A stretch of 64,000 bases of DNA, taken from NCBI GenBank assembly GCA_035529595.1, contig DATKWK010000023.1:142961-206960 (forward strand), in the 5' to 3' direction. This DNA is from Candidatus Bathyarchaeia archaeon. GTDB lineage: Bacteria; Patescibacteriota; Microgenomatia; PFEM01; JAFGMK01. Each line of letters opens with the position of its first letter. Position 1 is the stretch's first letter. Both the position numbers and the translations under genes were made by a program. Shown in pieces: positions 26,731 to 36,369 of the stretch. Under the pieces are notes generated by a model that saw only the letters and a program-made list of their open reading frames with translations, was not told where the DNA came from and ran no database searches.

Positions 26731-27971
26731 GGATAACACTTAAACAAATCCGTAAAGCTACTTTTTTGCTGGCATTATTACTTTTAGCCGGTGGCGTCGG
26801 TTATTGGTTTGGTCAGAGCCGACAAATTTTTCAAAACGGGGATACTAAGATTCAAATAATCCGCCAGACGCCTGTTGATAAACCAACGGTTAAATTTGAT
26901 CTTTTTTGGAATGTTTGGGATCAACTTGGAGCTTCCTTTATCGATAAAGAGAAAGTTAATCCGGTAGAAATGGTTTATGGAGCAATTAGAGGAATGGTTG
27001 CTTCCCTTGGGGATCCATACACTGTTTTTTTAACTCCCGAGGAAAATTTACGGACACAAGAGGATTTGGCCGGATCATTTGGCGGTGTTGGGATTCAACT
27101 CGGTTATATTGACGATAGTTTGGCAGTAATTGCTCCTTTAAAAGATTCACCGGCAGAACAGAGCGGTGTTAGAGCTGGTGACTTGATACTGGAGATTGAC
27201 GGCAAGGGCACCGGTGAAATGACTTTACCTCAGGCTGTTGATTTAATCAGAGGACCAAAAGGCAGTAAGGTAGTCTTAAAGCTTTTTCGAAGCGAGACCT
27301 CTCTTGAAGTAGAGATAGTACGCGATACGATTACAGTCAAAAGTGTCGAAGTTGAATTCCTAGATAATTGGTGTGGCAAAGCCGATTCTTGCCCATTAGT
27401 AGCCGACTTGCAGTTAACCCGTTTTGGCGATTTAACCAATGCTGAGTGGGTAGAGGCAGTCAGGGAGATTGAAAACAATTGTCTCCTTCAACAAAAATCT
27501 TGTTTAGGCGTCGTATTTGACCTGAGAAACAACCCAGGCGGCTATTTAACCAGTTCAGTATTTATTGCTTCCGAATTCATTTCCTCAGGAACTGTAGTCC
27601 AGCAGGAAACAGCTGATGGCAAACGGCAAAGTTACTCGGTTGACCGCCCTGGAAAACTCTTAGAGATACCGCTGGTCGTTTTAGTTAATAAAGGTAGCGC
27701 CTCAGCTTCAGAAATCGTTGCCGGTTGTTTGAAAGAGTACCAGCGAGCCAAAATTATCGGTGAAACTACTTTTGGAAAAGGAACTATTCAAGAAGCTCAA
27801 GATTTTTCTGGAGGAGCTGGGCTTCACATAACAACCGCCCGCTGGTTGCTTCCCAATGGCCAGTCAATTGACGGAAAAGGTTTAGTGCCGGATGTTGAGA
27901 TAGCTTATGAGCCGGAAAGTGAAGATGATTTGCAGCTTAAAAAGGCGATTGAAGTTTTGTCTGCTTTATAG
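26727..27971 (+). CDS. ctpA: C-terminal processing peptidase, S41 family (CtpA/Prc-like)
   Basis: N-terminal TM, PDZ region and catalytic VLVNKGSASASEIVAG (S41 Ser ... Lys dyad region). Confidence 0.8.
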   Translation: MRITLKQIRKATFLLALLLLAGGVGYWFGQSRQIFQNGDTKIQIIRQTPVDKPTVKFDLFWNVWDQLGASFIDKEKVNPVEMVYGAIRGMVASLGDPYTVFLTPEENLRTQEDLAGSFGGVGIQLGYIDDSLAVIAPLKDSPAEQSGVRAGDLILEIDGKGTGEMTLPQAVDLIRGPKGSKVVLKLFRSETSLEVEIVRDTITVKSVEVEFLDNWCGKADSCPLVADLQLTRFGDLTNAEWVEAVREIENNCLLQQKSCLGVVFDLRNNPGGYLTSSVFIASEFISSGTVVQQETADGKRQSYSVDRPGKLLEIPLVVLVNKGSASASEIVAGCLKEYQRAKIIGETTFGKGTIQEAQDFSGGAGLHITTARWLLPNGQSIDGKGLVPDVEIAYEPESEDDLQLKKAIEVLSAL

Positions 27972-28003
27972 TATATTTCTTTACTTAGCTTTTAAGGACT
28001 AAG

Positions 28004-29188
28004 ATGACCAATAAAAATTCCAATCGGTATGCAACCAGATTCTTTGTTCTCACCGGGGTAATATTAATTACCAGTCTTCTTATTTTGGCCGGTGCGAGTT
28101 TAGATCGGCTATACGGCCTATCTTTTTTGGATAAATTGCTACTTCGAGTTCAGCCTTTAGGCAAAACCGTTGTTAGCCAACGGCTGGTTTATGAAGAATC
28201 CCGAGTTATCGAAGCCGTCGAAGGAGTTGGTCCTTCGGTGGTGACTGTAAATATCTCGAAAAAACAAATCATTAATCCTTTCGGTTTTGATGTTGGACCT
28301 TTTGGGTTGTTTGGACCTTCTCTTGGCGGCAGGGAAGAAAAGATTGAGCAGGGTATCGGCAGCGGTTTTGTTATCGCTAAGGATGGTTTGGTGGTTACTA
28401 ATCGCCATGTCGTTGATGACCGTGAAGCTACTTATAAAATTGTTACTACTAATGATAAGACATATGAAGTAAAGAATATCTACCGTGATCCGGTTAATGA
28501 TTTAGCGATATTAAAGATTGATGCTGACGACTTAAAACCAGTTGAATTGGGAGATTCTTCCAATCTTAAAGTCGGCCAGTTTGTAATTGCCATCGGAACA
28601 GCTTTAGGCGAATTCCGTAATACGGTTACAACCGGCGTTATATCCGGTCTTGGCCGAGGTATTACTGCCAGTTCGCCCTTTGAGGGTTACGCGGAGAGGA
28701 TTGACGATGTCATTCAAACTGATGCCGCTATTAACCCCGGTAATTCCGGTGGGCCTTTGCTTAATAGCGCTGGTCAGGTGATTGGCGTTAGTGTCGCCGT
28801 GGCGGCGCAGGGCGAAAATATCGGATTTGCCCTACCAATTAATATTGTTAAGGAGAGTTTACAGAATTTTAATCAAACAGGTAAATTTAGTCGGCCGTAT
28901 TTGGGAGTAAGTTACCGGATGATTGATCGCGATTTGGCGATTATGAATGAGGTGCCTCAGGGAGCTTATATTGTTGAGGTAATTGAAAACTCTCCGGCTG
29001 AAAAAGCGGGGCTTGAGGCTGGTGATATCTTAACCAGGATGGGTGGCCAGCTAATCAATGAAGAGGGTGGCGGATTGGCCAAAATAATTAATCAAAAAAA
29101 GGTGGGAGATCGGATAAAGGTCATTTTTTGGCGTGACGGAAAAGAGCGTGAAACTGAGGTGGTTCTGGAAGAGTTTGATAATGAATAA
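28004..29188 (+). CDS. htrA: HtrA/DegP-family serine protease with C-terminal PDZ
   Basis: TNRHVV (His), DLAILKID (Asp), GNSGGPLLN (Ser), then a PDZ. Confidence 0.85.
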   Translation: MTNKNSNRYATRFFVLTGVILITSLLILAGASLDRLYGLSFLDKLLLRVQPLGKTVVSQRLVYEESRVIEAVEGVGPSVVTVNISKKQIINPFGFDVGPFGLFGPSLGGREEKIEQGIGSGFVIAKDGLVVTNRHVVDDREATYKIVTTNDKTYEVKNIYRDPVNDLAILKIDADDLKPVELGDSSNLKVGQFVIAIGTALGEFRNTVTTGVISGLGRGITASSPFEGYAERIDDVIQTDAAINPGNSGGPLLNSAGQVIGVSVAVAAQGENIGFALPINIVKESLQNFNQTGKFSRPYLGVSYRMIDRDLAIMNEVPQGAYIVEVIENSPAEKAGLEAGDILTRMGGQLINEEGGGLAKIINQKKVGDRIKVIFWRDGKERETEVVLEEFDNE

Positions 29189-29216
29189 AACCGAAGTACT
29201 ATTAATCCCCGAAGCT

Positions 29217-29903
29217 TTATCGGGAAAAGGCTGTGAAGATTTTGTCTAGATTGCCATCCAAGATTGTCTCCAGGTTGTACCACGATTTACCGAGGCGATG
29301 ATCAGTTACCCGGCTTTGCGGAAAATTATAGGTTCTTATTTTTTCGCAACGCATCCCGCGGCCGACAGCGGAGCGTCGTAAGTTAGTAAGTTGCGATTGT
29401 CTTTTTTCTTCTTCCTTTTCCCAGAGTTTAGCTCGGAGCAGCTCTAGAGCTATCTTTCGATTTTGCTCCTGAAGTCTCTCCCGTTCGCAGGTAACTACCA
29501 GTCCTGTTGGTTTATGAATTAACCTAACGGCGGTAGAGACTTTTTGCACATTTTGCCCGCCTTGGGAAGAAGCCCGGTAAAATTGCCAATCCAAATCAAT
29601 GTTATTAATTTTGATATCCGCTTCCGGAATGATCGGCAACACGGCTACGGTAGCAGTAGAGGTATGAATTCGTCCGTATCTTTCAGTGGCGGGAACCCGC
29701 TGGACTCGGTGGACACCGGCTTCGTGTTTAAGCAGGTTATAAACTTCCGGACCACTTATACGTAAAACTTGGTCGTTGATTAGATTTGTCTTCCAACCTG
29801 TCTTTTGGGCAAACTTTAAATACATGCGCAATAAGTCAGCAGCCCAAATTTTAGCTTCATCGCCACCAGCAGCGGCTCTAATTTCAATTAGACAATTGTT
29901 CAT
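29217..29903 (-). CDS. prfA: Peptide chain release factor 1 lacking N-terminal domain 1
   Basis: PAT tripeptide (RVQRVPATERYGRIHTS) identifies RF1. GGQ motif SSQGGQNVQK. The protein begins at the domain-2 start (IEIRAAAGGDEA). Only 13 nt separate it from the upstream rpmE stop. Confidence 0.8.
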   Translation of the reverse strand: MNNCLIEIRAAAGGDEAKIWAADLLRMYLKFAQKTGWKTNLINDQVLRISGPEVYNLLKHEAGVHRVQRVPATERYGRIHTSTATVAVLPIIPEADIKINNIDLDWQFYRASSQGGQNVQKVSTAVRLIHKPTGLVVTCERERLQEQNRKIALELLRAKLWEKEEEKRQSQLTNLRRSAVGRGMRCEKIRTYNFPQSRVTDHRLGKSWYNLETILDGNLDKIFTAFSR

Positions 29904-29916
29904 GAATAAGTGGTTA

Positions 29917-30237
29917 TTAGCGGGCTGGTTTTTTAAGCATCTCTTTCAAGGTTTTCGACTTCTCATCTCCTACTTTTTCTTCCGTCTTTCTTTTTTGCTG
30001 TCTTCTTACTTTCTTTTTAACAAAGATGCTTTTTTGTGCTTTCTGGCGTTGGGTCAAGAACCGGTCAACTCTTCCCAAAGTATCTACAAATTTCATTTCC
30101 CCCGTAAAAAAAGGATGACAGGCACAACAGATATCAACCTGAATTTCCGGTTTGGTCGAACCGGTGGTAAACTGAGCGCCACAAGCACAAGTTACTTTAG
30201 CGTTGGGGTGGTATTTCGGATGGATATCTTTTTTCAT
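29917..30237 (-). CDS. rpmE: 50S ribosomal protein L31 with Lys/Arg-rich C-terminal extension
   Basis: [46 protein letters not shown], then an approximately 40-aa basic tail. Confidence 0.85.
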   Translation of the reverse strand: MKKDIHPKYHPNAKVTCACGAQFTTGSTKPEIQVDICCACHPFFTGEMKFVDTLGRVDRFLTQRQKAQKSIFVKKKVRRQQKRKTEEKVGDEKSKTLKEMLKKPAR

Positions 30238-30259
30238 CAGTGCTTATTTTATCACGGAT

Positions 30260-31222
30260 TTAATTCGATCGCAAATCCTCAAAATATAATTCTTTCTTTT
30301 CTTTTCTAAATTCGGTTAAGAAAATGCCAATAGCGATTAAGAAAGCGCCAATTAAAAAGCCGGCGGTAACTTCTTCCTTAAGCCAAAAAAAGGCAAGAGG
30401 CGCGGCAAAAATCGGCTGCAGGTAAGTGAATAAGGTAGCTTCAGAAGCTTCAATCAGAGAAATACCCCAATTGTAAGTCGTATAAGCAATTACTGAGGAA
30501 AACAGACTCATATAAAGAATACCTGGAATTGCTTTTGGATGAATTTCGAAGAAAAGACTGGTCGGTAAAGAAACACTTCTTTGCCAATTGATTAAATCCA
30601 GGCGTTGATAAAGAAACAAAAAAGGCAGAATTAAGAGACCGGAAAAGAAAGTAATTGAAGTCAATATTAATGGTGAGAACCTAGAGGAGCTCTTTTTGAC
30701 CATGATAGAATAGGCAGCCCAGGCGATATTAGAAAAAAAAACTAAAAGATTACCGACCAAATGCTGGCGGGCCAAAAAATTACCCTGGACTAATGGTTGA
30801 AGCACCGTTATTAAAGTTCCCAGCATCGCGATCAGTAAACCAACTTTTTCCTGCACTGTGACCCGTTCTTTAAGGAAAGTTGCTCCGGCGATAACAATAA
30901 GAATTGGCGCCATGGCAACGATAATAGACGCATCGAGGGAAGTTGTTTTATCCGCGCCCCAAAAGATGAGAAGAAGCGTTACTGGACCACCAAGGATGCC
31001 GATTATTGTCAGTTTAATTAATTGAATTGAAGAAAACCTTACCTTTTTAATTGCCATAATGAATGGAATCAGAAAAATAAGGCAGACAATGGTAAACCGG
31101 TAAAATAGAAAACTCACTGGATCGATATAGGAGAGAGTATATTTAACGATTGGAGCGGCAAAACCCCATAATATGGCGGTAAGAATTAATAAGAAATAAG
31201 AAATTAATCGATTTCTTGCCAT
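30260..31222 (-). CDS. EamA/DMT-family transporter
   Basis: About 10 TM segments in two EamA-like halves. Confidence 0.7.
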   Translation of the reverse strand: MARNRLISYFLLILTAILWGFAAPIVKYTLSYIDPVSFLFYRFTIVCLIFLIPFIMAIKKVRFSSIQLIKLTIIGILGGPVTLLLIFWGADKTTSLDASIIVAMAPILIVIAGATFLKERVTVQEKVGLLIAMLGTLITVLQPLVQGNFLARQHLVGNLLVFFSNIAWAAYSIMVKKSSSRFSPLILTSITFFSGLLILPFLFLYQRLDLINWQRSVSLPTSLFFEIHPKAIPGILYMSLFSSVIAYTTYNWGISLIEASEATLFTYLQPIFAAPLAFFWLKEEVTAGFLIGAFLIAIGIFLTEFRKEKKELYFEDLRSN

Positions 31223-31320
31223 TCGAACTTCGTAATTTCTAATAGTTTAATTATTTAAAGCGTATTTTATATGACAAATATGGCATAGTCTATAGCGTTG
31301 TGATATTGGTAGAAGGGATA

Positions 31321-32547
31321 CTAAATAATATTTTTTATTTCTGAAATTAATTGCGCTTCCGGTATTGTTCTTTGATTTTTATTTTGCAGATTCTTTAAAG
31401 TAACGCAGCCTTTTTTTATTTCATCCGGGCCGATGATTAACGCTAGAGGAATTCCTTTCCGGTCAGCATATTTAAGTTGTTTGTCAAGCTTATCTTGAGG
31501 ACTACTGTAAGTATCTGTACTTATTTTTGACAGTCTTAACCTGGCGGCAACCTTCAGGGAGTAGGGCAGGGCTTCTTTACCTAATATCGCTACCAGAACT
31601 TGAGTTTCCGTTTTTATTTTAGGAAATAAGTCAAATTGGTCCATTGCCACAATCGTCCTGTCAAAACCGATGGAAAAGCCGACACCAGGAACTTTTTCTT
31701 TGGAAAATCGAGAAACTAAACTATCATATCTTTCGCAACCGGCAACAGAGCCGGCCTCAAATTCAGAAATTATTATTTCCCAAATAGTGCCAGTTGAGTA
31801 TGAAAATGAACGAGCCAATGTAGGTTTAAACTGGTAATTTTCTTCCATGTCATAGTTGTTAAGATACTTGAATATTTGTTTAAGGTTATCATTTGGCGTG
31901 TTATTTTTAACCTGATCAAGTAGTCTGATAGCTTCTTTTTTTGACAGACCTTTTTTAATCAATTCCTCGATAACACCTTTTTCACCAATTTTCTCAAGCT
32001 TATCAATTGAGGTAATCATTTGGTAGGGAATATCTTTATATAAAGCCCGATCATTAATGATGGCAATCGGTTTCTCAAAACCTAAATTCTTAAAGATATC
32101 AATGCTCAAGGCAACCGTTTCCGCATCGGCTTCGGGATTATCCAAGCCAAAAATATCGGCATCGCACTGGAGAAATTCGCGATATCTTCCTTTTTGCGGT
32201 TTTTCTGCCCGCCAAACAGTTTGAATTTGATACCTTTTAAAAGGTAAGAGGATTTTATCAGGATATTGGGCAATAACTCTGCAAGTTGGAACAGTCTGGT
32301 CGTAACGTAAGGCCACTTGACGCCCGCCTTCGTCAGTAAATTTATAAAAAAGTTTTTCGTCTTCGCCGATATTGCCGGTAAAAACAGACAGATATTCAAT
32401 TGCCGGTGTCTCTATCGGTTCATAACCCCAAAGCTTGAATGTTTTTCTGATAATATCAATGGCGTACTGCCTTTTTCTGGCTTCTTCGGGTAAAAAATCC
32501 CGAAAGCCTTTAAGAATTTGAGGCTTAATCAAATTTTGGTTTTTCAT
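31321..32547 (-). CDS. hisS: Histidyl-tRNA synthetase
   Basis: N-terminal PQILKGFRDFLPEEARKRQYAIDIIRKTFKLWGYEPIETPAIEYL, class II motifs and C-terminal anticodon-binding domain. Confidence 0.9.
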   Translation of the reverse strand: MKNQNLIKPQILKGFRDFLPEEARKRQYAIDIIRKTFKLWGYEPIETPAIEYLSVFTGNIGEDEKLFYKFTDEGGRQVALRYDQTVPTCRVIAQYPDKILLPFKRYQIQTVWRAEKPQKGRYREFLQCDADIFGLDNPEADAETVALSIDIFKNLGFEKPIAIINDRALYKDIPYQMITSIDKLEKIGEKGVIEELIKKGLSKKEAIRLLDQVKNNTPNDNLKQIFKYLNNYDMEENYQFKPTLARSFSYSTGTIWEIIISEFEAGSVAGCERYDSLVSRFSKEKVPGVGFSIGFDRTIVAMDQFDLFPKIKTETQVLVAILGKEALPYSLKVAARLRLSKISTDTYSSPQDKLDKQLKYADRKGIPLALIIGPDEIKKGCVTLKNLQNKNQRTIPEAQLISEIKNII

Positions 32548-32578
32548 AGTTTTCTATCTAAGAATGATAGCATTTATT

Positions 32579-33700
32579 TTAATTTTGTACCATCTGCTCT
32601 ATTAAACGTCTAAAAATATTTTTGGTAATCCGGATGCTTTCTGTATCAACCCATTCGTCAACTGAATGGCCGAAACCCGTTGGTCCGAAACTAATCGCCG
32701 GCACATTCCAAGCTTGATAGATTAAAGCCGATTCATAAAAACCGCCCTTGCCTAAATCTTTTCTGAACTTGACCTTTTTAGAGATAGCTCTTGTAAACTT
32801 TATAAATTCTTTTAACGTACGCTTCTGGATTAGATAAGGTTGATAGTTTAATTTAATCTTTCTCTCGCTTAGAGTAGCCTTTCTTTCTTTGGCAATGGTT
32901 TCTATTTGATTAAGTACTTTTTCCGCCGAAGCTTTGGGATTAGCCGGTCTAATATCCAAGATAAATTTTGCTATATTTGGAACAGAATTAGATTGAACTT
33001 CTATACTTCCATTATTGTTCAAGCCACCATAAAGATAACCAAGATTAGCAGTTGTTTTTCCCAATTCTCGTAAATCGTTTTTCTTAATCTTGTTTTTTAG
33101 AATTTTAAAAATTTCTACTGCTTCGCAAACAGCATTGATTCCCGTTTCCGGTTGGGAGGCATGACTGCTTTTACCAAGAATGGTAAGCTCTATTTCTATT
33201 AAACCGCGGCAGCCGTTGGTGATTTCCAGATTAGTTGGTTCCGGACAAATAACCAGTTCTGGTTTTAAGAGGTAAGTAGATAATATTTTCTTAATGCCCT
33301 TGAAATAATATTCCTCATCGCAATCAAAAATTAGGGTCAGTCCTTTTGTTTTTTTTATTTCGGAAACAGCTGAAAGGAGAGAGGCAATTCCGGCCTTCAT
33401 ATCAGCTGCTCCTAGACCGTAAAGTTTGCCGTCTTTAATTATTGGCGTAAGCATGCTCTCTTTTTTTCCGGATGGCCTAATGGTATCCATGTGGCAAACA
33501 AAAACCACTTTGGCTGGCCAGCCGTCGGTGGCAATCAAGTTATATCTGTTATTTTCAACCTTTTGTCTTTTTATTTTTAGCCATGAACAATATTTCTCTA
33601 GAAATCGATAGAGCCATTTTTGGATTGCCTGCTCATTGGTTTCTTCATTAACATACGATGGGATTCGGACTAGTTCTTGGGTAATCTTTATTTCATTCAT
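32579..33700 (-). CDS. M20-family metallopeptidase/deacylase (ArgE/DapE-like)
   Basis: VFVCHMDTI (metal-binding His/Asp) and GAADMKAGIASLL. Its ATG overlaps the stop of the upstream gene (ATGAATGA). Confidence 0.75.
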   Translation of the reverse strand: MNEIKITQELVRIPSYVNEETNEQAIQKWLYRFLEKYCSWLKIKRQKVENNRYNLIATDGWPAKVVFVCHMDTIRPSGKKESMLTPIIKDGKLYGLGAADMKAGIASLLSAVSEIKKTKGLTLIFDCDEEYYFKGIKKILSTYLLKPELVICPEPTNLEITNGCRGLIEIELTILGKSSHASQPETGINAVCEAVEIFKILKNKIKKNDLRELGKTTANLGYLYGGLNNNGSIEVQSNSVPNIAKFILDIRPANPKASAEKVLNQIETIAKERKATLSERKIKLNYQPYLIQKRTLKEFIKFTRAISKKVKFRKDLGKGGFYESALIYQAWNVPAISFGPTGFGHSVDEWVDTESIRITKNIFRRLIEQMVQN

Positions 33701-35180
33701 TTTGCTTCCTGGCGGCTAATAATTGTCCGGGCGAAAAGGGAATCTCGGGATAAGCCTCCCATTCATTTAATAAGGTCAAAAGAAGCTTTCCTGTTAGTTG
33801 ATGAGTAATAACCAAGGTTTGGTCAAGATCGGTTTCGCTTATAAATGAGACCAACCGAGACCTTATTTCTTCCCAGCTTTCTCCGCTTCCTCCATATCTT
33901 AGAGTGGGGTCGGATCTCATTTGTTTGATAGTTTGAATTCGTTCAGGAAGATTTTCTGGCCTCCGATTCCATTCTCCTTCAGCGGCGTCTTTTAGTCTTT
34001 TGTCTCTCCTGATTGTTACTCTCAACTGCTCGGCAATGATTTCGGACATTTCCCGAGTCCTTCTAAAAGGAGAGGTAATAATTTGCCTTACCCTGTAACC
34101 TGCTTGTTTGATTTCTGTGGCAGCTGCTATTGCCTGAGTTTTTCCGGTTTCGGTTAGTCCTTGACCAGGAGAGTAAGAATCAACTAAACCTAGAACATTT
34201 GCCTGGCTTTGACCATGTCTTAATATTAAGCATTCAGGTGTAGTCTTGATTTCTTGAGAAGGATTTAGCTCGATGGTCATTTTTCTGGCAATAATCTTAT
34301 CAAGTGAAGTTAGAGCAGTCGGAACTTCGCTTACAAAAATAGCCCGGTAGTCTTTTTCTGGATCGAAAAGAGGATTAAAATAAGTGGCAATTTTGATTGT
34401 TCCTCCAAGGGCAGTTTGAGGATTATCATCTATCCCGGCAAAAAGAGGCCAATTTTTGGCTTCCCTAACCACGCGAGTGGCAACAAAATCACAGCCCTTT
34501 TGTTGGCAAGCTTGAAAAAATTCTCTCATCAGTAAGAGTCCCAAACTCTTTCCTTGCCAATCTTGGGCAACGCCGACGCCGTCATAATAGGCGCATTTTC
34601 CTGGTAAATTCACCACAAGTTCTTGACCTTCTTTGGTCAGTTCAAACCGGTCGTTTTGATCAGTGCCTACGACACCAGGGGCAAACTTATTTCTGATTAG
34701 ACTCTCCATCCCGTTTTCGGCCTCCAGGCCATAGCCAATAGCGTAACCGATTAGATCAGAAAAAGGCTGGAGAGAAAGTGGGTTGGCCAAAAGAATGAAA
34801 ATCCGGTCAGGTGGTGGCTGATTGATACTCAGATATCTAGTCACTTCGTCGGCGACTACTGCGGAGGTATACCTGGCTGATTTATCTTTTAATTGATTTA
34901 AACGGTTATAAGGTGGAGATTCTTGAAAGAGGGGAATAAGAAGCTGAGCGCCGTAGTTGGTGATTAGTCGTTGAATCAGGGGGTTATCTGTGTCTGTAGG
35001 AAAGAAAACCCCGTCGGTTAATCGATAAACTTCCATAGGTAATATCCCACCCCGTTGAGTACGGGCATTTAACTCAAGCCGGCAGTTTCCAATTCTGGTT
35101 TCCAAGGAGAGATTGGCTATTTTATCTCTTTCTTCTGCTGACACCTTAGCTCCTTTCGATGGAATCAACGATCGTGGCAT
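33693..35180 (-). CDS. Fusion protein: GNAT-like acetyltransferase region plus C-terminal histidine-phosphatase (PGM-family) domain
   Basis: QGKSLGLLLMREFFQACQQKGCDFVATRV (GNAT motif A-like Q/RxxGxG/A). C-terminal ILRHGQSQAN, ITSPFRRTREMSE and VITHQL (RHG / second His of the histidine phosphatase fold). Confidence 0.5.
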   Translation of the reverse strand: MPRSLIPSKGAKVSAEERDKIANLSLETRIGNCRLELNARTQRGGILPMEVYRLTDGVFFPTDTDNPLIQRLITNYGAQLLIPLFQESPPYNRLNQLKDKSARYTSAVVADEVTRYLSINQPPPDRIFILLANPLSLQPFSDLIGYAIGYGLEAENGMESLIRNKFAPGVVGTDQNDRFELTKEGQELVVNLPGKCAYYDGVGVAQDWQGKSLGLLLMREFFQACQQKGCDFVATRVVREAKNWPLFAGIDDNPQTALGGTIKIATYFNPLFDPEKDYRAIFVSEVPTALTSLDKIIARKMTIELNPSQEIKTTPECLILRHGQSQANVLGLVDSYSPGQGLTETGKTQAIAAATEIKQAGYRVRQIITSPFRRTREMSEIIAEQLRVTIRRDKRLKDAAEGEWNRRPENLPERIQTIKQMRSDPTLRYGGSGESWEEIRSRLVSFISETDLDQTLVITHQLTGKLLLTLLNEWEAYPEIPFSPGQLLAARKQNE

Positions 35181-36369
35181 AGCAATTAAATTTCTCCAAC
35201 ATTAGTTTAGTTATTTGAACCATTTTTTGAGCGATTTTTTTCTGTTTTTTTTTATCTTGGCTGAACTCGATAAGCTTTGAGATATAGAAAGGATCATCGT
35301 AGGCAATCGGAAAACAGGTTCCTAGCTTTTGGGCTTGTTCAAGACCCTGATCTTCGTTCATGAAGCCTGTTGGAACGATACTGGTGACAAAAGGTTTAGC
35401 GATAAGATATAACTCCGCACTATTATCACACAGGCTAGCTCGGCAAATGTTGATATCAGCGGCCTTTTTTAAAAGGAGATCAATCTCAAGATCAACAAAA
35501 GGGGAGGGGCGACTGAAAGCCCTCACTTTTTGGCATTGGTCCAAAACCGGCTGGGCCATTTTTTGAACTCCTTCAAGCATATAGACGAGACTTTTACCTT
35601 TAAAATTTGTTTCTAGGCCAGCGATCAATCGGGTGATAAAGCTTAAAGTTTGTCCTTGGCCTTTGCTAGAAAGAAAGCCGTTTTGACTCCGACCGTATTC
35701 GTCTTGATAGTTGCGATTATTGGGACAAATATTGAAAGGGTTAACGTACTCATCGTTAATGTTAAGAAAGACTAAAAGATCGTATTGAAGATTTTTTATT
35801 TCGGGATAGTAGGGAAATAGTTTTTGACGAGCTTTTTTAATTGACATTTTTCTAATTTCCTTAACTGTTTTGAGTTGTCGTTGAGGATAAGGCTGAGCGC
35901 AGACCGCAATATTGCTCATCTCTTTGACTTTAGAATATTTAAGAGGGAAAGGAGTAAGGATGATATAAGAATTGGCTTTTTGGTAGACTTCGCCGATGTA
36001 GCGGCTGGGGAATTTTTCGAAGCTTAAAGGAGTGGAATATTCGCAAATAGCATAGGGAATTCCTTTTCTGAAGGCATAATAAGAGCCGTAGGTTCTGGGG
36101 CTAAAAGAGATCAAGTAATCAAAACTAATTTGAGAAAGGATTTTTTCGCACTTTAGATAAATTGCTTGATCTGATTCGGCTGGTTTTCTTTGAATGACAA
36201 GATTGGGTCTCAAGTTGAGGTCATTTAGTTTATACATATAGAGAGATTCGGAGGCAATGATTGGTTGATAACCGGACTCCTTTAAGCCCTGATAGAGCCA
36301 GAAAATAGTTTTTGAACTGCCGCGGCCACCCACAAAACCAGTAAAAAAGAGAATTTTTTTCTTGTTCAT
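35146..36369 (-). CDS. GT-B-fold glycosyltransferase-like protein (MGT/MurG-like pattern)
   Basis: N-terminal ILFFTGFVGGRGSS and C-terminal PFVTSIVPTGFMNEDQGLEQAQKLGTCF resemble the GT1/GT28 donor-binding region. Confidence 0.4.
   Translation of the reverse strand: MNKKKILFFTGFVGGRGSSKTIFWLYQGLKESGYQPIIASESLYMYKLNDLNLRPNLVIQRKPAESDQAIYLKCEKILSQISFDYLISFSPRTYGSYYAFRKGIPYAICEYSTPLSFEKFPSRYIGEVYQKANSYIILTPFPLKYSKVKEMSNIAVCAQPYPQRQLKTVKEIRKMSIKKARQKLFPYYPEIKNLQYDLLVFLNINDEYVNPFNICPNNRNYQDEYGRSQNGFLSSKGQGQTLSFITRLIAGLETNFKGKSLVYMLEGVQKMAQPVLDQCQKVRAFSRPSPFVDLEIDLLLKKAADINICRASLCDNSAELYLIAKPFVTSIVPTGFMNEDQGLEQAQKLGTCFPIAYDDPFYISKLIEFSQDKKKQKKIAQKMVQITKLMLEKFNCYATIVDSIERS

Noticed and set aside
29204-29222. 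Hairpin CCCGA-agcttta-TCGGG after htrA as a terminator
   Set aside because: The 5-bp stem has no following U-tract on either strand and overlaps the prfA stop region, so it is too weak to call.
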